Source: Bellilinea caldifistulae (GTDB lineage: Bacteria; Chloroflexota; Anaerolineae; Anaerolineales; Anaerolineaceae). From it: a stretch of 32,000 bases of DNA. The stretch spans positions 60,001-92,000 of the forward strand of contig NZ_LGHJ01000011.1 in assembly GCF_001306055.1 (NCBI RefSeq), given 5' to 3'. Both the position numbers and the translations under genes were made by a program. Under the pieces are notes generated by a model. The model was not told the origin of the DNA. It worked only from the letters and a program-made list of their open reading frames with translations, and did no database searches. Positions within the stretch are counted from its first letter, which is position 1, and each line of letters opens with the position of its first letter. Below are positions 12,129 to 19,648 of the stretch, one piece after another.

Positions 12129-12158
12129 GACTTGATGATGGTAAAGTACCTCTAAAGG

Positions 12159-12231
12159 TGACTCACCAGGGACTCGAACCCTGAACCCACTGATTAAGAG
12201 TCAGTTGCTCTGCCAGTTGAGCTAGTGAGCC
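12159..12231 (-). tRNA. tRNA-Lys (anticodon CUU)
   Basis: Minus strand reads GGCTCAC-TA-GCTC-AACTGGCA-GAGC-A-ACTGA-CTCTTAA-TCAGT-GGGTT-CAGGG-TTCGAGT-CCCTG-GTGAGTC-A. It folds as a full cloverleaf of 73 nt. CCA is not encoded (CCT follows). Confidence 0.9.
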
Positions 12232-12247
12232 ATATCTTGCACGGCGT

Positions 12248-12276
12248 ATTATATCCCAATTTTTTTTGGTGGTCAA
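12248..12276 (-). promoter_or_regulatory. tRNA-Lys promoter
   Basis: Minus strand reads TTGACC (12276-12271), 17 nt, TATAAT (12253-12248), 16 nt before the tRNA 5' end. Confidence 0.7.
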
Positions 12277-12360
12277 ATCAAACTGCTGCTTTGACCAGGC
12301 CTGTAAAACCGCCTCATAGTCCCCAAAGTTTACAGTATTGTAAATTCCGCCAACCATTCC

Positions 12361-12390
12361 TTGACAGATAGAATGCTTGATATTTATACT
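12361..12390 (+). promoter_or_regulatory. Promoter of the 945-aa gene
   Basis: TTGACA (12361-12366), 18 nt, TATACT (12385-12390). This leaves a ~78-nt leader containing the hairpin GTTCCTG (12403-12409) / CAGGAAC (12447-12453). Confidence 0.6.
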
Positions 12391-12474
12391 CAACAAAGTA
12401 ATGTTCCTGAGCGACAGGGGGCAATCGCAACTTAACGATACCCAAACAGGAACTCTTTATAAGGGAAAAGTCTC

Positions 12475-15312
12475 ATGATGCAACCAAATGCTCCTGTCGC
12501 AACTTTCGAGTACTTTTTGAGCCTTAAAAACAACTTACAAAAATTTTTTTTCATCACGCTGCTGATTGTCCTGCTGGCAACAACCGTCCAGCCTGTCGCC
12601 GGGTATTCACCCCGCCAGTTGACTGCTAATGAAAGCATAAACCTGAAAAGCCCGTACAGTGGCCTCAATCAGGTGATACCCAATGATGATGGTGGGGTGA
12701 TTTACCTTCCTCTCGTCAGCCGGGGGATCAGCAGCGAAAACTGGTCAACCCTGGCAGCCAACCCCCAACGCACATCGTGGATCAGCCACGATGTGACAGG
12801 CAATTTATCCCTCCAGTGGTACCGCCCCATTGAAGCCTACATCCCCCAAAATGTGCAAATTATTGCCGTGGACGGGCTGTTGTATATCTCCACTGCAAAA
12901 GGTTTGATTGTTCTCAACGCCGCCGACGGCTCCGTGGCCTGGCGCTTTGACACCGAAATGCCGCTGGGAAATTCCCCCACGGTGGACAATGGCGTGGTTT
13001 ATGTGGGCGGTTATGACCGCAAACTTCACGCCCTGGATGCCCGTACCGGCCAGTATCTCTGGTCATTTTCCGGAGCAGGCGCCGGTTATAGCGCCAACCC
13101 GCTGGTCGCGGATGGCAAGGTGATCATCGGCAACCGGGACGGGAAAATGTACGCCATCGGGGCACACAATACTCCCCGACAGGGTCAGCTACTCTGGTCC
13201 TTCACCGCCGGCGGGCCAATTTTCCTCACCGCGGCTTACAACAACAACACCGTCTATTTTGCAGCCGGCGACAACCGCGCTTACGCTCTCAACGCTACCA
13301 CCGGCGCCCTCATCTGGCGCTCCGAAACCATGCCCGGCGAGCAGTTCCAATCCTACTGGCCGGTCATTTATCAGGATAAGGTCATTTTTTCGGTTGCCCA
13401 GGGCTACCGCACCAGTTCCCGCCCGGGCTTGAACAGCCTGACCTCACAATCCGGCAGCACTTTCGGCACGTACCGCGAACTGCAACTGGAAGGTATTTTT
13501 GAAGGTTTCCCCGAAGGGCAAATTTTCGGCGCAATCTACGGTCCTCAACCAGGATCCAATGGTTTTCAGGTCGTTGATGCCAGCAGTGTGCTGGAATATC
13601 TGGAAGAAGATCCCGCTGCTGATCCTTTCAAACACAAGCCGTGGCGGCGGGTGTTTGTGGTGCTGAATCAAAGTAATGGTCAGGAATACCGCTTCGATAC
13701 TGACAACGACGGCAACCTGGAATACGCCCCGTTTGCATGGTGGGGCACTAACTCCGGCAACCGTTACCCGCCCATCGCCGGACCGGATGGCACGCTCTAT
13801 GCCGGCTCACTCTACCAGTGCTGCTCCGACTCAAAAGGGAGAGTGATGGGGTGGCACCTGGGCGAACCCTTCTTGAGTGTAATTGGCGGCGCTGGCGCGC
13901 TGGCTGAACCTCAGGCGATTTCCGGAGGCGGCACTGTCATCTACCGCAATCTGTGTTGTGATCGCGTTGGTGATTATTTTTCGGTAACTACCCCCGGGCA
14001 AAGCCGCCAGCTGTGGTCGTACAACCTCAGCCAACAGGCGCCCGGCTATGATCCCACCTGGGTGATCTGGCCCGGCTGGCCGCGCTTGCAGGGCTGGTAC
14101 CGCGGCACCACCAACAGCGTCAACGCCGCTTACCACAATCACGGCGACCAAAACCCGATCATCCCGCATCAGGGGATGTTATTCACCCATCGCAGCAACA
14201 CCATCATTGCCTACGGCAGCGGCAGTGGGCCGGGCTTATTGCCCATCGTGCGGATCAACCCACCCTCTTCTTATGGAAGTTCACTGGACAACAGCCAATT
14301 GATCAGCCGATTGGAAAACGAAATCAGCAAAATGATTGACGCCGGTCATCTGCGGCCGGGTTATTACAATCCCGGTCAATTTGCGGCAAACAACTCCGAA
14401 TTTGTGGATTACTTCGACAACCCCGGTGAAACTCTCTATGTTCTGAGCATTGCCTACCCGCTGCTCTCCGCCAATCTGCAAAATCGGCTTCGGCCTTATT
14501 TACAACAACACTTCAGCGCCTTTTTCGACCCCAATATGTACGCCACCATCGGTTGGAACACCGGGGCAGCCCGTGAGGATATGGTACTCCCCCCTGAAGT
14601 GCAGAACGATCTGAAGAACCACCCGCCGCGCGCCCGGGCAAGGGGTTTTTCGTGGGAATATCCACCCTTCAATTTTTATGCCATGTGGAAATATGCGCAG
14701 ATCTTTCCGAATGATGCCGGCCGGATTTATGATCTCGCCCGCAGTAAAATCAACGTGCAATGGTCGGCAAGTCTCTCAAACGATCGCTTCCGCGAGAGGC
14801 CATTTGAGCACAATGCCTATCTGGCCGGCTACTACGGCTTTCTGCGATTACAGGAAATGGCCGGCCGTACGACGCAGGATGCTCAACTGCGCACCCAGGT
14901 GACGAATGAATACAACCGCCTGCTCGCGCTTCGCGCACAATTATTCAGCAAAGATTCATACTGGGTCAACGACCGATACCACAAAAAACATCTGGATGTT
15001 TCCGCCAATTTTCTCTGGCTGGTACCGGAAGTAGCCGATTATCTGCGCCAAAACCGGCTCAGTCAAGTTCAGGCAGCGGTTCAGGAATACGAAGCGGTCG
15101 CCCCGTACTGGTTCGTTGCTCGCTTTGAGTCCAGCCTGGGTGAAGGGGTGATGGCAAACCTTTACAGCATTCCGGCTCTCTTTCAGGCCAGGGCATTGAT
15201 TTTACGGGAAAACAAAGCCCAGCTCACCAAGTACATTGACACACCCGCCTTCAGCCGCGGCGATTTGTTCTACATCCAGAATCTGGTATTCGCCATTCAA
15301 GCCGGAAACTAA
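12475..15312 (+). CDS. Secreted or membrane-anchored PQQ-like beta-propeller repeat protein with a large helical C-terminal domain
   Basis: N-terminal hydrophobic anchor FFFITLLIVLLATTV. Repeated blades follow, for example GLIVLNAADGSVAWRF, KLHALDARTGQYLWSF, KMYAIG...LLWSF and RAYALNATTGALIWRS. The C-terminal ~350 aa is helix-rich with no motif I can name. Confidence 0.75.
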   Translation: MMQPNAPVATFEYFLSLKNNLQKFFFITLLIVLLATTVQPVAGYSPRQLTANESINLKSPYSGLNQVIPNDDGGVIYLPLVSRGISSENWSTLAANPQRTSWISHDVTGNLSLQWYRPIEAYIPQNVQIIAVDGLLYISTAKGLIVLNAADGSVAWRFDTEMPLGNSPTVDNGVVYVGGYDRKLHALDARTGQYLWSFSGAGAGYSANPLVADGKVIIGNRDGKMYAIGAHNTPRQGQLLWSFTAGGPIFLTAAYNNNTVYFAAGDNRAYALNATTGALIWRSETMPGEQFQSYWPVIYQDKVIFSVAQGYRTSSRPGLNSLTSQSGSTFGTYRELQLEGIFEGFPEGQIFGAIYGPQPGSNGFQVVDASSVLEYLEEDPAADPFKHKPWRRVFVVLNQSNGQEYRFDTDNDGNLEYAPFAWWGTNSGNRYPPIAGPDGTLYAGSLYQCCSDSKGRVMGWHLGEPFLSVIGGAGALAEPQAISGGGTVIYRNLCCDRVGDYFSVTTPGQSRQLWSYNLSQQAPGYDPTWVIWPGWPRLQGWYRGTTNSVNAAYHNHGDQNPIIPHQGMLFTHRSNTIIAYGSGSGPGLLPIVRINPPSSYGSSLDNSQLISRLENEISKMIDAGHLRPGYYNPGQFAANNSEFVDYFDNPGETLYVLSIAYPLLSANLQNRLRPYLQQHFSAFFDPNMYATIGWNTGAAREDMVLPPEVQNDLKNHPPRARARGFSWEYPPFNFYAMWKYAQIFPNDAGRIYDLARSKINVQWSASLSNDRFRERPFEHNAYLAGYYGFLRLQEMAGRTTQDAQLRTQVTNEYNRLLALRAQLFSKDSYWVNDRYHKKHLDVSANFLWLVPEVADYLRQNRLSQVQAAVQEYEAVAPYWFVARFESSLGEGVMANLYSIPALFQARALILRENKAQLTKYIDTPAFSRGDLFYIQNLVFAIQAGN

Positions 15313-15339
15313 ACCATCACCGGCTCAATTGCCGGCTCT

Positions 15340-15400
15340 GATTCAGCGCCACGGCATGGATATCTTCCTGCAGTGGCGCTGAATCTCATTTTGTAACTTT
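15340..15400 (+). terminator. Probable terminator of the 945-aa gene
   Basis: GATTCAGCGCCAC (15340-15352) pairs with GTGGCGCTGAATC (15373-15385), giving a 13-bp stem followed by TCATTTTGTAACTTT. Confidence 0.45.
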
Positions 15401-15818
15401 CAGCGCCCCCGCAGGGATTCGAATATCATCCCCTTCCGGGGACCCTGAACCTCACCGGCTCTTCCGTATTCAGCGCCCCCGCAGGGATTCGAATATCATC
15501 CCCTTCCGGGGACCCTGAACCTCACCGGCTCTTCCGTATTCAGCGCCCCCCCAGGATTCGAATATCATCCCCTTCCGGGGACCCTGAACCTCACCGGCTC
15601 TTCCGTATTCAGCGCCCCCGCAGGGATTCGAATATCATCCCCTTCCGGGGACCCTGAACCTCACCGGCTCTTCCGTATTCAGCGCCCCCCCAGGATTCGA
15701 ATATCATCCCCTTCCGGGGACCCTGAACCTCACCGGCTCTTCCGTATTCAGCGCCCCCGCAGGGATTCGAATATCATCCCCTTCCGGGGACCCTGAACCT
15801 CACCGGCTCTTCCGTATT
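15401..15818 (-). repeat. Six tandem 70/69-bp repeats derived from the 3' end of tRNA-Arg
   Basis: Units start at 15401, 15471, 15541, 15610, 15680 and 15749. Each begins with CAGCGCCCCCGCAGGGATTCGAA, identical to the tRNA 3' end plus 3 nt. It also contains ACCCTGAACCTC (tRNA T-stem/variable region), split by a 19-nt insert holding the hairpin CCCC-TTCC-GGGG. Units 3 and 5 are a 69-bp variant (CCCCCCCAGG). Confidence 0.9.
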
Positions 15819-15821
15819 CAG

Positions 15822-15894
15822 CGCCCCCGCAGGGATTCGAACCCTGAACCTCCAGATTCGAAGTCTGTCACTCTGTCCATTGAGCTACGGGGGC
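15822..15894 (-). tRNA. tRNA-Arg (anticodon UCG)
   Basis: Minus strand reads GCCCCCG-TA-GCTC-AATGGACA-GAGT-G-ACAGA-CTTCGAA-TCTGG-AGGTT-CAGGG-TTCGAAT-CCCTG-CGGGGGC-G. 73 nt, no encoded CCA. Confidence 0.85.
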
Positions 15895-15904
15895 TGTTGC
15901 GCCT

Positions 15905-15910
15905 ATTATA
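15905..15910 (-). promoter_or_regulatory. -10 element (TATAAT) for tRNA-Arg
   Basis: Minus-strand TATAAT sits 10 nt upstream of the tRNA 5' end. The -35 is weak (AGTCAA) and overlaps the divergent TetR promoter. Confidence 0.4.
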
Positions 15911-15927
15911 CCGCAATTTTTAATTAC

Positions 15928-15956
15928 TTGACTTTCATTTCCTCCATCCCTATAAT
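15928..15956 (+). promoter_or_regulatory. Promoter of the TetR-family gene
   Basis: TTGACT (15928-15933), 17 nt, TATAAT (15951-15956). GGAGG lies before ATG 15993. Confidence 0.7.
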
Positions 15957-15992
15957 TGACCGGTAGTCATCATCTCCGGAGGCCATTCAACC

Positions 15993-16664
15993 ATGCCACG
16001 TACCCGCGCCATCTCCCCCGCCCAGAAAGATGCCCGCCGCAACGCCATCCTCCATGCCGCGGCTGAACTGTTCCAAAACGCCCCCTACGAGCAAATCATC
16101 ATGCAGCAGATTGCTGACCGTGCCGGTCTTGCCAAAGGCACCCTTTTCCTGTACTTTGAATCCAAAGAACAGTTATTCCTGACCCTGACGGTTGAAAACC
16201 TCAACCGCTGGTTGGACGATTTAAGCGCCGATTTACACGCCCAAACCCCACCGCTGATGACGCTTGCCTTCACCCGGCTGGTGGAACGCAGTCTGCGCCG
16301 TCAACCTGCACCCGCCGGTCAAACCATTTTACTCCGCCTGCTTAGCCTGCATCCAACTCGTCTGACACAGGCTCTCAATTCGGACAGCATTGACAAAATA
16401 ACCCGGCCGCTCCATGTTTCCCTGCAAACCACAGCCGACTTGATCGAAAGCCGGCTGCCTTATTTGCAGCCCGGTCAAGGCCAGGTCATTCTGCGGCGGA
16501 TGATTGCCCTGTTAATTGGGTTGCCGGGATCACTCACCCTGACCCCGGCTGAGGATTCGCCTTCGGATGTCTTTGCAGAGTTTTCAGCCGTGTTGAACCT
16601 GCAACTGTACGCGCTGGAAACACTCCACCGCCGCAAAAGCGCAACCCCAACTACTGCAAACTGA
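15993..16664 (+). CDS. TetR/AcrR-family transcriptional regulator
   Basis: N-terminal HTH RRNAILHAAAELFQNAPYEQIIMQQIADRAGLAKGTLFLYFESKEQLF. Confidence 0.85.
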   Translation: MPRTRAISPAQKDARRNAILHAAAELFQNAPYEQIIMQQIADRAGLAKGTLFLYFESKEQLFLTLTVENLNRWLDDLSADLHAQTPPLMTLAFTRLVERSLRRQPAPAGQTILLRLLSLHPTRLTQALNSDSIDKITRPLHVSLQTTADLIESRLPYLQPGQGQVILRRMIALLIGLPGSLTLTPAEDSPSDVFAEFSAVLNLQLYALETLHRRKSATPTTAN

Positions 16665-18096
16665 GAATCGCCTGGGCTGCCATCTGCAAAATTTGATTGG
16701 GTAGCAGGCTCAACCCAACCACCGCCAGTGCCGAACCCACCGCCACCAGACTCAACCAGCCGTCCCGGCGGATGCGCGGTTCACCGCTGCGCATGAACAT
16801 CATCACTACCACGCGCAGGTAGTAATACGCCGAAATCAGCGAAGAAAGCAAGCCGATCAAAGCCAGTTCCACATATCCCGCATCCACGGTAGCGCGGAAG
16901 AGGAACAACTTGCCCCAAAAGCCCATGGTCAGTGGAATACCAGTCAGCGAGAGCATGAACACCAGCATCGCCACGCCCAGCCAGGGGTACTTCAGCCCTA
17001 AACCGGCGTAATCATCCAGTTCCAGGCCCTGATAATCGTTCTGCTCCACCGAAATGACCACCGCCCACGCCCCGAAGGTGGTCAGTGTGTAGGCCAGCAG
17101 ATAGAACAACATCGCCGCCACCGCCTGACCGGCTACCTGCGGGTTGCCATAAGCCACAAACGCCATCAGCAAATAACCACCGTGGGAAATACTGGAATAA
17201 GCCAGCAGCCGTTTGAGATTGGTCTGAGCAATCGCCAGCAGGTTTCCGATCAGCATGGTCAATGCCGCAATCCCCCAGCCGAGTGGCGCCATCTCCGCCG
17301 CCAGGCTTGGGAAGGCCGTCAGGAAAACCCGTAACAAGACCGCAACCCCGGCTGCCTTGACCGCCACTGCCATGAAACTGGAAACCGGCGTAGGCGCGCC
17401 CTGATAAACATCCGGCGCCCACTCATGGAAGGGAACCGCTGCCAGTTTGAAGGCAAAACCGACCAGCATCAGCGCAGCCCCGGCGATGAAAAGCGGAAGA
17501 TTGAGGGCACCTTGCCCCACCCGCTCGATGATCAACGCCAGGCTGGTTGTGGCTGTTGCCCCAAAAATCAGGGCGATACCGTACAACACAAATGCAGATG
17601 AGAATGTCCCCAGCAGAAAGTACTTTAAGGAAGACTCTTCCGATTCTGGCCGCTCGCGCGCCAGCCCGGCCAGCACATACAGCGGGATGGAGAGAAATTC
17701 CAGCGCCAGGAAGACCATGATCAGGTTATAAGCCTGGGTCACCAGCATCATGCCGGCAATCGAGAAAAACATCAGCGGGTAGAACTCGCCCCGTTCGAGA
17801 TTCATGCGTTTCAGATAGTCGTGAGAGAGCGCCACCACCACCAAACCGCTGACCAGATACAACACGTTCAGGTAGACGGCAAAACCGTCCACGATGATCA
17901 TGTTCTGAAACGCCAGCCCGCTGCCGCCCGATTGCGAAAGCGTAACCCCCATCGTCACAGCCAGGCCCAATGCCGCCAGGGCTGCCACAATGCCCTTGCG
18001 TCCCTTGGGCACCCATAAATCCACCACCAGCAGGAGCAGCGCCCAAACCAGCAATGTGATAATCGGAAGTGTGAGAATGAAATCGCTCAGGTTCAT
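16651..18096 (-). CDS. nuoN: NADH-quinone oxidoreductase subunit N
   Basis: Polytopic antiporter-like protein and last gene of the nuo cluster. Trimmed to ATG 18096 (TAGGAG RBS). Confidence 0.9.
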   Translation of the reverse strand: MNLSDFILTLPIITLLVWALLLLVVDLWVPKGRKGIVAALAALGLAVTMGVTLSQSGGSGLAFQNMIIVDGFAVYLNVLYLVSGLVVVALSHDYLKRMNLERGEFYPLMFFSIAGMMLVTQAYNLIMVFLALEFLSIPLYVLAGLARERPESEESSLKYFLLGTFSSAFVLYGIALIFGATATTSLALIIERVGQGALNLPLFIAGAALMLVGFAFKLAAVPFHEWAPDVYQGAPTPVSSFMAVAVKAAGVAVLLRVFLTAFPSLAAEMAPLGWGIAALTMLIGNLLAIAQTNLKRLLAYSSISHGGYLLMAFVAYGNPQVAGQAVAAMLFYLLAYTLTTFGAWAVVISVEQNDYQGLELDDYAGLGLKYPWLGVAMLVFMLSLTGIPLTMGFWGKLFLFRATVDAGYVELALIGLLSSLISAYYYLRVVVMMFMRSGEPRIRRDGWLSLVAVGSALAVVGLSLLPNQILQMAAQAILSLQ

Positions 18097-18106
18097 CGCA
18101 TCGCTC

Positions 18107-19618
18107 CTAATGAATGGCCAGCATCGCGGCACCCTGCACCAGTGAAACCAACCGTTCCACACTCGGGTTAATCAGGTTGAAAAACGGCGCCGGGTACAGG
18201 CCGATCCAGAAAATCAGCACCAGCAGAGGTACCAGTGTAATCACCTCGCGGGCATTCAAATCCTTCAGGGAGAGGTTGGCCTCCACCCGCACCGGGCCCA
18301 GGAAGACCCGCTCAAACATCACCAGCAGATAAACAGCCGCCAGAATGACCCCAATCGTCGCCGCTCCGGCAAAGTAGGGGCTGTTCAACACCTGCGAACC
18401 GAACGCCCCCAGTAAAATGGTGAACTCGCCCACAAAGCCGTTCAGCCCCGGTAAACCCGCGGAAGAGAGCATGACAATCAGCGTCAACGCCCCCAAAATC
18501 GGCATGACCTTCCAGATGCCGCCATAGGCGCTCATCTCACGGGTGTGGCGGCGTTCATACAGCATGCCCACAATCAAAAACAACGCGCCGGTGCTCAACC
18601 CATGGTTGATCATTTGCAGCACGCCGCCCGCCAGCCCCTGCTGGGTGAGCGCAAAGATGCCCAGCATCACAAACCCCAGATGGCTGACCGAGGAATAGGC
18701 CACCAGCTTCTTCACATCTTTCTGCATCAATGAAACCGCCGCTCCGTACAGAATGCCGATCACCGCCAGAACGGCCATGTAGGGTGCCGCTTGTAAACTG
18801 GCTTCGGGGAAAAGCGGCAGGTTGAAGCGCAAAAAACCGTAACCGCCCATCTTCAACAATACCCCCGCCAGAATGACCGAGCCAGCCGTCGGTGCTTCCA
18901 CGTGGGCATCCGGCAGCCAGGTATGCAGCGGGAACATCGGCACTTTGATGGCAAACGCCAGCGCAAAGGCAAGGAACAGCCACAACTGAGTCTGGGCAAA
19001 TAACTGCCGTTGAGCCAGCAGATCATTCCACGCAAAACTACCCACCTGCAGGCCCATCACCAGAATCGCCAGCAGCATCAGCAGTGAACCGAACATCGTA
19101 AACAGGAAAAACTTAACCGCGGCATAAACCCGGCGTTCACCACCCCACACCCCAATCAGGAAGTACATGGGTACCAGTGTGAACTCCCAGAAGATGTAGA
19201 AAAGCACCAGATCGAGCGCCAGAAAGACGCCAATCATGCCGGTTTCCAGCAGCAGGAAGAAAGCCATGAACCCCTTGACCCGTTCTTCAACGGCAGACCA
19301 GGTCGAAAGGATGGCAATCGGGGTCAGGAAAGTGGTCAGCATCACCAGCAGAATGCTCAGCCCGTCCACCCCCAGATAAAAATCAATCGAGATACCGCCA
19401 ACCCGCAGCCACGAGGTTCGGTACACCAGTTGCAGGTCGCCTCTGGCAGGATCGAACAGAGCCAGCATCGCCAGCGACACCCCAAAAGTTGCCAGCGAGG
19501 TCAGTAGCGCCGTCCAGCGGATGGCGTTTTTCTGTTCGGCTTTAAGGAACAGAATAATGAAAAACCCGATCAGCGGCAAAAAAGTGACCAGAAGAAGCGG
19601 ATGAAGTCCAAAAATCAT
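18107..19618 (-). CDS. nuoM: NADH-quinone oxidoreductase subunit M
   Basis: Antiporter-like subunit (..HTWLPDAHVEAPTAGSVILAGVLLKMGGYG..). Trimmed to ATG 19618 (AAGGAG RBS). Confidence 0.9.
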   Translation of the reverse strand: MIFGLHPLLLVTFLPLIGFFIILFLKAEQKNAIRWTALLTSLATFGVSLAMLALFDPARGDLQLVYRTSWLRVGGISIDFYLGVDGLSILLVMLTTFLTPIAILSTWSAVEERVKGFMAFFLLLETGMIGVFLALDLVLFYIFWEFTLVPMYFLIGVWGGERRVYAAVKFFLFTMFGSLLMLLAILVMGLQVGSFAWNDLLAQRQLFAQTQLWLFLAFALAFAIKVPMFPLHTWLPDAHVEAPTAGSVILAGVLLKMGGYGFLRFNLPLFPEASLQAAPYMAVLAVIGILYGAAVSLMQKDVKKLVAYSSVSHLGFVMLGIFALTQQGLAGGVLQMINHGLSTGALFLIVGMLYERRHTREMSAYGGIWKVMPILGALTLIVMLSSAGLPGLNGFVGEFTILLGAFGSQVLNSPYFAGAATIGVILAAVYLLVMFERVFLGPVRVEANLSLKDLNAREVITLVPLLVLIFWIGLYPAPFFNLINPSVERLVSLVQGAAMLAIH

Positions 19619-19648
19619 GAGAACTCCTTGATCCACAAGATGACAGCC

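Larger units (their letters stand above)
1..12158. mobile_element. Plasmid-like integrated accessory block (partial; left end lies outside the window) abutting the 3' side of tRNA-Lys
   Basis: About 25 co-directional minus-strand genes with many 4-nt start/stop overlaps. Contents are TA module, initiator with iterons, ParA cassette and SSB. The Rep/Par module (about 4.3-7.3 kb) is visibly more AT-rich than its flanks. The block ends next to a tRNA gene. No integrase is seen in the window. Confidence 0.5.

Noticed and set aside
12163-12396. 77-aa ORF on the minus strand
   Set aside because: It overlaps the whole tRNA-Lys gene and its promoter.
15401-15818. Possible CRISPR array (regular ~70-bp periodicity)
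   Set aside because: Units are contiguous and near-identical over their whole length, so there are no unique spacers. No cas genes are present in the window. The unit is clearly derived from the adjacent tRNA 3' end.
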